Of a stretch of 64,000 nt of DNA, positions 43,185 through 52,700 are shown piece after piece. This stretch comes from a virus, in the IMG/VR virus record IMGVR_UViG_3300032291_001492, positions 31,466 to 95,465 of that record. One strand, given 5' to 3'. Numbering within the stretch: the first letter of the stretch is position 1; each line of letters begins with the position of its first letter. The position numbers and the translations under genes are program-made. The notes under the pieces are model-generated. The model was given only the letters and a program-made list of their open reading frames with translations. It had not been told where the DNA came from and did not search any database.

Positions 43185-45067
43185 GAATTCCGCAAGAAAT
43201 AATGGCTCGGCAAATGTTTATTGCCTTTCCAGAACTTAAAAAATATGCTGATCAAATGTATTTTATTGATGCAACTATCAATAAGAGAGAAGTGTTTTTA
43301 ACTAGAGATACAAACACTATTGTTGAAGAAATAACAGAAGCATATAAACAAGGTCGTTCTAAGTTTGTTTTTTTTATGTTTACTGAAGCAGTATTGGCAC
43401 ATATAATTTTTAAAATACATAGAATAGCTGAAATATTTAGAGGGGCCATTCCTTCTGAAAATTTTATATATCTTTCAGGTGCAATAAACGGAGAAGAAGC
43501 ATATGAAAACGTAGCACAGACATATAATTTTCCATGTAGAATAACCACACTATCTGCATCAATGTTTCATTTTTATCTATTAGAAACAATAACAAATTAC
43601 AATATTGATTATTCAGTTGATATTAACCCAAAACTTAAAAAATTTCTGTGTTTCAATAAGCTAGAAAGAGAACAACGACTGCGGTTAATTGAACGTATGT
43701 TAGAAAATAAATTTGTAGAGTTGGGTTATTATTCATTTGAATCAGGAGATAGTGCAAACTTTTCTAAGTTTATAGATTCCTTAGTACAAGAAAAGTTTCC
43801 TAATATAAAAAAACATAAGGATACGTTTCCATTACGATTAAATATTAATCCAAATAGAACTAATCCTGTTAATGTTATTCCGGATGATATGGAATATTTT
43901 AAAAACAGTTATTTTAGTATTGTAAATGAAACAATATTCTACGGAGCTCTTAGTACTGAAAGTAATCCACTATTTCATCAACTCAGTGCAGAGTATTCAA
44001 GTGTATTCATTTCAGAAAAAACATATAAATGTTTGGCAGTGAAGCATCCTTTTGTTATTTTTGGAAGACCGGGTATTATTAAAGGACTACACAAATTAGG
44101 ATTCAAAACATTTAGTCCTTATTTTGATGAATCGTATGATGATATAATAGACGATGATGAAAGATTTGACGCTATCTTTAATGAAATAACCAGATTAATT
44201 CATTTGAGTGATGATGAATGGATAGAGATATTAAAAAATATACAGCCAATTCTTGAACATAATCATTCACTATTTTTTAATAGCACTAAGTTCGGAGTAA
44301 CTAAAGATGCAGAAAGATTTTTTAAAGACAATAACAAAGAACAATCTTTATTATTTGATAAAGTCATACAAAATTGTGACACCTTAGAATTAATGCCTTT
44401 ACCTAAAAACCCAGATTGGACATTGCAGAATAAAACATTAAAGAGCGGAATCGAAATACAATTTCCTACTCATTTGGATGGCGGTGGCATTGAAATGGTT
44501 GATGATTTAATTAGTGCAATTAAAAAAACAGGAAAACCATTTTATAATAGAGCATGTGAATGGTGTGCTGGATTTGGGGTATTAGGGTTTGAAGTATTAG
44601 GATTGGGTTTATCAAAACATATTGTATTCACTGATTACTATCATGTAGCAATTGATACCTGTTTAGAAAATGCTAGAAAAAATCATCTAATTAATAATGT
44701 TTCAGGACACGTATCAGGAACTATCAACGGCATACCTAATATAGAAAAATGGGATTTAGTCGTAAGCAATCCTCCGCATGTGTATGATAAAGAATATTTT
44801 TTAGAACACATCCCGGGAGGAAGAGAACAAAATCATAATTTAGATAATACTTGCCGATTAACAGTAGATCAAAATTTTGGTATACATAAAGAATTTTTTA
44901 AAAATATAAAAGAAAAGTTAACTACTGATGCAGATGTATATCTAATTGAAGCCGTAACTCCCGACTGTTTCATAGAATGGGCAGAACAGGGGGGATTGTA
45001 CTTACATAGTAGACATCCTGTAAGTTTTTTACCACACGGCGGAATATTGCATTTTAAAGTAAAGTAA
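43181..45067 (+). CDS. 'TEK' motif glycosyltransferase-like domain fused to a C-terminal class I SAM methyltransferase
   Basis: 'FLCFNK..REQR' and 'SIVNET...ISEKT.K...HPF...GFKTFSPYFDESYD'. C-terminal 'EWCAGFGVLG' (motif I) and 'DLVVSNPPH'. Confidence 0.6.
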   Translation: MRIPQEIMARQMFIAFPELKKYADQMYFIDATINKREVFLTRDTNTIVEEITEAYKQGRSKFVFFMFTEAVLAHIIFKIHRIAEIFRGAIPSENFIYLSGAINGEEAYENVAQTYNFPCRITTLSASMFHFYLLETITNYNIDYSVDINPKLKKFLCFNKLEREQRLRLIERMLENKFVELGYYSFESGDSANFSKFIDSLVQEKFPNIKKHKDTFPLRLNINPNRTNPVNVIPDDMEYFKNSYFSIVNETIFYGALSTESNPLFHQLSAEYSSVFISEKTYKCLAVKHPFVIFGRPGIIKGLHKLGFKTFSPYFDESYDDIIDDDERFDAIFNEITRLIHLSDDEWIEILKNIQPILEHNHSLFFNSTKFGVTKDAERFFKDNNKEQSLLFDKVIQNCDTLELMPLPKNPDWTLQNKTLKSGIEIQFPTHLDGGGIEMVDDLISAIKKTGKPFYNRACEWCAGFGVLGFEVLGLGLSKHIVFTDYYHVAIDTCLENARKNHLINNVSGHVSGTINGIPNIEKWDLVVSNPPHVYDKEYFLEHIPGGREQNHNLDNTCRLTVDQNFGIHKEFFKNIKEKLTTDADVYLIEAVTPDCFIEWAEQGGLYLHSRHPVSFLPHGGILHFKVK

Positions 45068-45102
45068 ATTATTGGGTAATATCTTATATTATTAAATACA
45101 GT

Positions 45103-47355
45103 ATGGACTTTACACTAAGACACCTAGCTGTTGATAAGCTAGAAGCAAAAGAAAAACCAACTGAGGATATTGCCGACGCACGCCATCGTAGTATGATGGA
45201 AGCTATTGCGCCATATGCAAAAACAACAGTTCAAAAGAATTTAACTCCCATATATGTAGATTACAAAACACGTAATACCAAATTAGTTCTAGTATTATGT
45301 CCTGAATGGAGTCCCTACATGCCACCTTTTAGTTTAGCAAGATTAAGTGGTGTTGCTAAGAGTGCAGGGTATGAAACGCACATTATGGATTTAAATGTAC
45401 GTGCATATAATGAATACAAAAATGATTGGAGACCTAATCAAAAATTACCATTTAGATTGTGGGATCCCAGTTCTAGTTGGCATTGGTTAGGTGATACATA
45501 TCTTAACGATATTCATCCTGTATTAGAACCTATTCTTAGTAAAGCAGTAGATGATATTGTTGCATTAAATCCAGAAGTAGTTGGATTTAGCATATATTAT
45601 ATTAGTGAAGAACCTAGTAAATGGATGTGCCGTGAATTGAAGCGCAGACTACCTAATGTAAAGATTGCAGTAGGTGGTCCTAACGTACATAAGTCATGGT
45701 TTAAAATTGAAGATTACTATGACTACGTTGTTGTGGGTGAAGGTGAAGCCAATCTACTTGTCTTGTTAGATGAAGTAGAAAATAAAATTAGAAATGATGC
45801 CCCAAAAATATTAAATCAACCAGAAGAAGAACGTATTAATATCAATGGCTTACCTATGCCAGACTATGAATCTATTGATTTTAGTCAATATGAATTACCC
45901 AATGGGGTTAACACTGAAATTAGTAGAGGATGTACAGCTAAATGTACTTTTTGCGAAGAAACACATTTTTGGAAATATCGTCAGCGCCAATCAGTTGATT
46001 TAATTTCTGAAATCGAATGGTTGTATTATAATAAAGGCACAGATGTTATTTGGTTTATTGATAGTTTAGTGAATGGAAATTTAAAAGAACTACGTGCATT
46101 TGTTAAGGCTGTAGCTGCTAAAGGATTAGAGATTAAATGGACTGGCTATGCACGTTGCGATGGACGTATGGATTTAGAATACTTTAAAGACCTTAAAGCA
46201 GGTGGTTGCATTATGTTTAATTATGGCATTGAGTCAGGTAGCCAAAAAGTACTAGATGATATGGCTAAGGGTGTAACTATTGCTGAAATGGAACAAAACT
46301 TTCGTGATGGTAAAGAAGTAGGTATATGGGCCGCTACAAACTGGATTGTTGGTTTCCCCACAGAAGATTATCAAGACTATGCTGACAGTATGACATTATT
46401 ATGGCGTATGCGTAATATGAATATTAATAATGCAGGTCTTGGCGTAGGCTATGGATTGGGACCAGAAACCATTGTAGGTCAGAACCCGCATAAATTTAAT
46501 ATCAGTTGGCACAAGTATCAAGGTCATTGGATTACTAATGATTTTAAAATAGGTGGCACACATGTTATGACACGTGTAAAAACATTCCACATGTTTGCTG
46601 ATTTTTTACAAGGATGTAGTGATGTTCCTATTGGATATCCTGTTAGAGTTAATTTAGCAAAAGAACACTATAAAATAAAATTAAATAACCCAACTTGTAT
46701 TAAAGAAATCGAATATGAAAAGTTCGATTACAATATAATTAAAGCAAACATTAATCCATTTGCTGATTCACTAGTAAATGAAATGTGGCCATTCTTTAGA
46801 ATGTTATGGAAAACTCGCGGTGGATATGAAGCCGAGGTTTATTTTAATCCTGAAATTGACTTAAAAGAATTTGGAACTCAGTATGGTCCAGGAATGTATA
46901 ACGCTGTTTATAAGTTTAAAATTACTGATGATGGTAAGTGGGAAGCAGATTTTGATATTAAATTTGATCAAATAGATAATCCTTTTGATGATAGATTGCC
47001 CCCTCCAGAAGGACGCAAAGGCCCGTTCTATGCACAAGACTATAGCAGATTGCAAAGTAATACAACTAAACGTGCTAGAAAATTAGCAAAGCCTACGTGG
47101 AGCACTGAAGAAGGTCGCAGTGGGCAAGATTTTACTGATTTGTTAAATGAAGAAAAATTATTAAATGAAACAATAGACTTTACATTCAAACTGCATTGGA
47201 TCGAATCAGGTGATTGGGGCAATTATGCTGATTACGAAATTAAAGTATCTGATACTAAACGTGATATTATTCCTGAAAAAGAAGCAATGCATGTTCCTAA
47301 AGTGACTACTATTGATGTTTCACAAATTAAACGTAGACCGGTATTTCCTATATGA
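45103..47355 (+). CDS. B12-binding radical SAM protein
   Basis: 'PPFSLARL', 'VVGFS', 'VGGP', 'VVGEGE'; 'EISRGCTAKCTFC'; 'GIESGSQKVL..M.KG'; 'IVGFPTE'. Confidence 0.87.
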   Translation: MDFTLRHLAVDKLEAKEKPTEDIADARHRSMMEAIAPYAKTTVQKNLTPIYVDYKTRNTKLVLVLCPEWSPYMPPFSLARLSGVAKSAGYETHIMDLNVRAYNEYKNDWRPNQKLPFRLWDPSSSWHWLGDTYLNDIHPVLEPILSKAVDDIVALNPEVVGFSIYYISEEPSKWMCRELKRRLPNVKIAVGGPNVHKSWFKIEDYYDYVVVGEGEANLLVLLDEVENKIRNDAPKILNQPEEERININGLPMPDYESIDFSQYELPNGVNTEISRGCTAKCTFCEETHFWKYRQRQSVDLISEIEWLYYNKGTDVIWFIDSLVNGNLKELRAFVKAVAAKGLEIKWTGYARCDGRMDLEYFKDLKAGGCIMFNYGIESGSQKVLDDMAKGVTIAEMEQNFRDGKEVGIWAATNWIVGFPTEDYQDYADSMTLLWRMRNMNINNAGLGVGYGLGPETIVGQNPHKFNISWHKYQGHWITNDFKIGGTHVMTRVKTFHMFADFLQGCSDVPIGYPVRVNLAKEHYKIKLNNPTCIKEIEYEKFDYNIIKANINPFADSLVNEMWPFFRMLWKTRGGYEAEVYFNPEIDLKEFGTQYGPGMYNAVYKFKITDDGKWEADFDIKFDQIDNPFDDRLPPPEGRKGPFYAQDYSRLQSNTTKRARKLAKPTWSTEEGRSGQDFTDLLNEEKLLNETIDFTFKLHWIESGDWGNYADYEIKVSDTKRDIIPEKEAMHVPKVTTIDVSQIKRRPVFPI

Positions 47356-48119
47356 CAAATAAAGAAAAAATTATGTTGGTTGCTGGATGCAGCCACACCT
47401 CAGGATCAGAAATAAACGGTCTAGAAGATAGTGTATACAATAGACAGAAATCTTATGGCAATCAATTAGCATATATGATGGGTTACACACCTGTTAATAT
47501 AGCAGAACCCGGCTCTACAAACCCTACAATTGCCCGTAGTATATTACAATGGTTTAGTGAAAAGTACAATCCTTTTAGTATGGAAGTATATGTAGTAGTA
47601 GGGTGGACAGAAAGTACACGTATGGAAGTTCCATTTCATCGTCCGTGTCATTATAATCATCATTGTCCATTTGGTGATTATTATGCAAATACTAGCACAA
47701 ACTTTCTACGTATTAATATGGGTTGGGCTGGTAGCGATAACGAAGAAAAACAATTAATACCTGACTATCATAGATTTATGGCACAAAACGAAAAATATTT
47801 GGAAATTGTTAGTGCTAATGCAATACTACAAATTCAATATTTTTTACAATCAAAGGATGTTGATTATATAATGTGCAATGTCATGCATATGTTTACTGAA
47901 AAAGATAAACATACAAAATTCTACACGGATCAAATAGATACATCTAAATACTTCAACATGTTGGATAATGATCAATCTTTTTATCCCAAATATAAAAATT
48001 TAGGTTACACTAATCCCAAAGCCAAATATTGGCATCACAATGAAATTCCACACGCATTACATGCAGAAGAATTATACAAATTTATAGAGAGTGAAAATGT
48101 TTTTAATCAGATGGTTTAA
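47352..48119 (+). CDS. SGNH/GDSL-like protein
   Basis: 'AGCSHTSGSE', 'NIA.PG.TN', 'VVGWT...R.E' and C-terminal 'WHH....H'. Confidence 0.5.
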   Translation: MTNKEKIMLVAGCSHTSGSEINGLEDSVYNRQKSYGNQLAYMMGYTPVNIAEPGSTNPTIARSILQWFSEKYNPFSMEVYVVVGWTESTRMEVPFHRPCHYNHHCPFGDYYANTSTNFLRINMGWAGSDNEEKQLIPDYHRFMAQNEKYLEIVSANAILQIQYFLQSKDVDYIMCNVMHMFTEKDKHTKFYTDQIDTSKYFNMLDNDQSFYPKYKNLGYTNPKAKYWHHNEIPHALHAEELYKFIESENVFNQMV

Positions 48120-48195
48120 AAATTTAGTCAGAGAATACAAATATCGTAAGCGTATCAAAGAATTGCGAAAGCGTGATCCGTTCATTTATAAGTAA
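48097..48195 (+). CDS. Small basic 32-aa peptide, not in ORF track (MFLIRWFKNLVREYKYRKRIKELRKRDPFIYK)
   Basis: Purine-rich 'GAGAGTG' upstream; fills the gap before the carbamoyltransferase; ends in PFIY. Confidence 0.55.
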   Translation: MFLIRWFKNLVREYKYRKRIKELRKRDPFIYK

Positions 48196-48198
48196 TCT

Positions 48199-49698
48199 AT
48201 GGAATATATAGGAATTAGCGCAGGTTTCCATGATGCCGCTATGGCAGTTGTTAATGACCACGGAGATATTTTATTTGCAAGTCATAGTGAACGTTATTGT
48301 GGAGATAAGCACACTAAACATCTAAACATGTCAATTGTTAAAGATGCATTAACTCATGTAAAAGACAGACAAAACACAGAGATTCATTATTATGAACGTC
48401 CGTGGATGAAGTATCTACGTCAACTACGTGCAGGTGAACCTACAAGTATTGCTAATATATCTGCAAAAAATATTATTGGTGAAGGCTTATTATATCAGTT
48501 ACAAGATGGTCGTGGTAACAAAGTTTACACACACAATCATCACTTGAGTCATGCGGCTGCTGGCTTTCAAACAAGTTCGTTTAATGATGCTACTGTAGTG
48601 GTAGTTGACGCTATTGGTGAGTTTGATACTATTACTATTTGGGATGCATGTTATGACAAAGATGGTATAGCCCGTTATAAAAAGATTTTTAGTAAGAAAT
48701 ATCCCAACTCAGTTGGACTATTCTATAGTGCAATGACAGACAAAGTTGGTCTGCGTCCTATGGATGAAGAATACATTCTCATGGGAATGGCAGCGTACGG
48801 TGAGCCTAAATATATGCAAGAAATGATGGATGAATATATTCACAGTCTCAAAGATTTTGAATTCAAACAGAATCTTCATATAGGTGCATCACCTAATTTC
48901 TTACCTAATGCTAATGATATGGATATTGCATGTTCTGCACAACATATGGTAGAATTTTTTGTTAAACAAATCATGGGTAAAGCTAGATTGATAGGTAAGA
49001 GTCGTAACTTAGTATACGGAGGTGGTGTAGCACTTAACTGTTTAGCTAATAGATTGTTAGGAGATTATTTTGAGAATATTTGGATTATGCCTAATCCTGG
49101 CGACGCCGGTAGTAGTCTCGGGGCTTGCGCTCTTGGCTATGGGAGAAAACTTAACTGGACTAATGCTTATCTCGGTCATAATATACACGGTAATTATCCT
49201 GTTAACAGGTTACTTGATGAATTACTTACTGGCAAGATTGTGGGAGTGGCATCCGGACGTGCCGAATTTGGCCCACGTGCCTTGGGTAACCGTTCGCTCT
49301 TGGCGGATCCAAGAGGAAATGAAATCAAAGATAAAGTAAATGAAATTAAACGTAGACAAAAATTCAGACCATTCGCCCCAGTTATTTTGGAGGAACTGGC
49401 TGATATGTACTTTGATATGCCTAATGGCTGGAGTAATAATAGGTATATGCAGTCAGTCGCTCGTTGTAGGCATCCTGAGTTATTTCCTGCTATCGTTCAT
49501 GCTGACGGCACTAGTCGTGTACAAACTGTACCGAAAGATGGAAGTGGAATCAGAGAACTACTAGAGAAATGGTATGTAATGACTGAATGCCCGATGTTAT
49601 TAAACACTAGTCTTAACATACGTGGTGAGCCTATGGTTAATGATAGAAGTGATGCGGATCGATTTGAAAAACTGTATGGCATAAAAGTATTATCATAA
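48199..49698 (+). CDS. O-carbamoyltransferase (CmcH/NodU/TobZ family)
   Basis: 'GISAGFHDAA', 'HHLSHAA', 'GGVALNC..N', 'GRAEFGPRALGNRS.LADPR', 'FRPFAP', 'H.DGTSRVQTV', 'LLNTSLN..GEP'. Confidence 0.93.
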   Translation: MEYIGISAGFHDAAMAVVNDHGDILFASHSERYCGDKHTKHLNMSIVKDALTHVKDRQNTEIHYYERPWMKYLRQLRAGEPTSIANISAKNIIGEGLLYQLQDGRGNKVYTHNHHLSHAAAGFQTSSFNDATVVVVDAIGEFDTITIWDACYDKDGIARYKKIFSKKYPNSVGLFYSAMTDKVGLRPMDEEYILMGMAAYGEPKYMQEMMDEYIHSLKDFEFKQNLHIGASPNFLPNANDMDIACSAQHMVEFFVKQIMGKARLIGKSRNLVYGGGVALNCLANRLLGDYFENIWIMPNPGDAGSSLGACALGYGRKLNWTNAYLGHNIHGNYPVNRLLDELLTGKIVGVASGRAEFGPRALGNRSLLADPRGNEIKDKVNEIKRRQKFRPFAPVILEELADMYFDMPNGWSNNRYMQSVARCRHPELFPAIVHADGTSRVQTVPKDGSGIRELLEKWYVMTECPMLLNTSLNIRGEPMVNDRSDADRFEKLYGIKVLS

Positions 49699-49706
49699 GT
49701 AGATAC

Positions 49707-52700
49707 ATGCTAAGAGATGTATTTTATTACGGTAAAAAACCTAACGTTCACCCAAAAGAAAAATTTGCAACTTCATTAGAAGATGCAAGAAAACAATCTA
49801 CTACAGAACATTTTTGGATAATCAATGAATATTGTGATTATCGTGGATTTGAATGGGATTTCGATTTTGAATTTTTACCAGACGAAGATGTATGGGCAGA
49901 AGAACATATAAATGTTTGGCCTAGTCAACATCAAAAAGATAGTGGTACCTGGTTATGTAATACAGATAATATATCCTCATTAATAATTTATCGGGCTGAT
50001 GTTAATCCTGTAAAGCGTAAAAACGAACTAAACATCTATTGGGTTATCAGAGATGTTATTGATAATACTAAATTTGATTTTAGTTGGCATCCTGACCCCA
50101 CAGACCCTCCATACATTTATATTTTCCCTACTAATTGGAACCCGGTAGGCGGCCCTGAATATCACATTGAAGGTGCGACAGAAAAGAAATACATTGCTAC
50201 CCAGATTGGTGTTACTATTCCTCAAATGGATAAATGGGAAGTCCCCGATTATATTGATGTAAGTGATTTTGATTTTAGTTGGGTTCCTCATCCCGACGAT
50301 CCTCCGTTTATATATGAGTTTGGTACGCAATGGCAGAAGACTTGCGGACCTCGTTATATAGTTGATGATGCCCAAGAAGTTAAGTATGTCAGTAATATTC
50401 GTGTTAAAGCACTAGCCAACATGACTAATTGGACATTACCTACCAATGTAGCTATTGATGATTTTGATTTTAGTTGGCACCCTGATTCAACAAGTCCCCC
50501 CTACATTTATAATTTTCCAACGCAGTGGGCAATGTCAGGGGGTCCAGTTTACACAGTAGAGGGTGCAACAGAAGTTAAGTATGTTGAAGACATGGTAGCA
50601 AAAGCAATTGCTGATCCTGAACGAAAGAATTGGGAAGTACCTGCATTTATTGACGTAGATAATTTTGACTTTAGCTGGCATCCATATGCCGAAGATGAAC
50701 CGTATATCTATCAATTTGGAACTCAATGGCAGAAGACAGGTGGACCTCGATTCTTAACTCCCGGAGTTCATAAGAATAGCCCAATAAAATATGTTGATAC
50801 AAGAATTATCAAATCAACTCGTTTGGCCTCACGTAAAAATTTTGCTATATTAAACAATCTCAGAATTGCTGAGTTTGACTATTCTTGGCACCCTGATACA
50901 ACAGAAGAACCATTCATCTATGTTTTTGGTAATCAACATTATCCAGGTGAAATCATGCCGACGATTGAATATGTTGTTCCTGGTGCAACTCAAATAAAAT
51001 ATGTCAATGACATTATTGCAACATTAGGACCTGACAGAACTAACTGGGTGATTATTCAACCTATCAATGAAGATAAGTTTGACTTCAGTTGGAAACCTAA
51101 CCCTAAAGACCCTCCGTATATCTATATATGGGGTAACTCTTATATAGATGGTAAGATTAAATCTACTATTGAATATCATGTTGACGGTGCGACAGAAAAG
51201 AAATACATGGACGAACTTGTTGAAGTGATTCCTGAATGGGATCGTTGGGACATTCCTAAAAACATTGACACAAGTAAATTTGATTTCACTTGGAGACCGG
51301 ATCCACTTGATGCTGATTTCATTTGGCAGTTTGGCACACAACATCAGAAGACAGGTGGTCCTCGTTATATAGTAGATGATGCTACTGAAATAAAATACGT
51401 AGAAGAAAACAGAGCAACCGCTATATTTACATCAATGAAACATTGGGAAATTCCAGAAGGGTTAGACATATCTGAGTTTGATTTTAGCTGGCATCCGGAT
51501 GCAACAGAAAAACCATACATATATGTTTTTGGAACTCAATGGGCTTTGACCGGTGGCCCTAAATATATTTCGCCTGGTGCAACAGAAGTGAAATATATTG
51601 ATGCACCTATTGCAAAGGCTGCACCTAATAGACAACACTGGATTATACCTGACAACATAGCAGTTGAAGAATTTGATTTTAGTTGGCATCCATATGCTGA
51701 AGATAAGCCATATATCTATCAATTTGGTACTCAATGGCAAAAGACGGGCGGCCCTCAATACATTACGCCTGGATCAGATGAAATGTCTCCGATCAAATAT
51801 GTTGATACTCGTATTTTAAAGGCAAGACAGTTAAAGTCTAAGGGAAGTTTTTCTGTAGTAGGTGATATCAAAATTAAAGATTTTGATTACTCATGGCATC
51901 CTGATAGTACTGAACAGCCATACATATATGTATTTGGTAACCAATGGCATCCTGCTGAACTAGAACCTACTATTGAATATCACGTGCCCGGAGCAACAAC
52001 TAAAAAATATATTCACGATATTGTTGCAACAACGGGTCCTGATATGAATCTATGGGATGTTCCTGAAGGTTTTAACAAAAATACGTTTGATTTTACTTGG
52101 AGACCTGATCCAACAAGTCCTCCCTACATTTATCAATTTGGTTCATTGATTGATAGAAATGATGGCCCTAGATATAATGTGCCCAATAATGACGGTGAAG
52201 TTGTATTCTTAGAAAGAAAAGAAATAGCATTACCCACTTCAGTTAAGGTTCCGCAATATTATATTGAAACCACACTAGAGGATCTTGTTAATAAACATCC
52301 AAACGAAATCTTTTGGGCGTTAAACAATGACATTGATTATGAGAAATTTGATTTTGATTGGAGACCTCAGATAGTTAATATTCAATGGGAAAACGAATAC
52401 GTATATGTGTTTGGTTCTCCTGAGAGTATACTTACTCAAACATATTTTGTTAATGCCGCTATGTATTTACAAGGCAATAAAGATTTTAAATTTGTTGAAA
52501 ATGAAACAATTAGTGAAAAATATCTAGCAACTTTATTCAAAAAATCTGATATGTTTTTTGTTGATAGAGGCAACAAAGAAGCACAAGAACGTTTTGACAA
52601 ATTAAAACAACGTTTCCCTACTATACAAAAGACAAGATATTTGAACACTTGGGTAGACACAATCAATCGTTGTATTAATCGTGCAACAACTAATTTATGT

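Noticed and set aside
27964-47355. RiPP biosynthetic cluster or 7-deazaguanine DNA-modification pathway
   Set aside because: No clear precursor peptide, RRE domain, protease or exporter, and no QueC/QueD/FolE/DpdA-like genes. The neighbours are sugar-handling enzymes.
50030-52190. Repeat array as CRISPR or as a diversity-generating retroelement TR/VR pair
   Set aside because: The repeats are degenerate, in frame and conserved at protein level. No adenine-specific variation was evident and there is no reverse transcriptase in the window.
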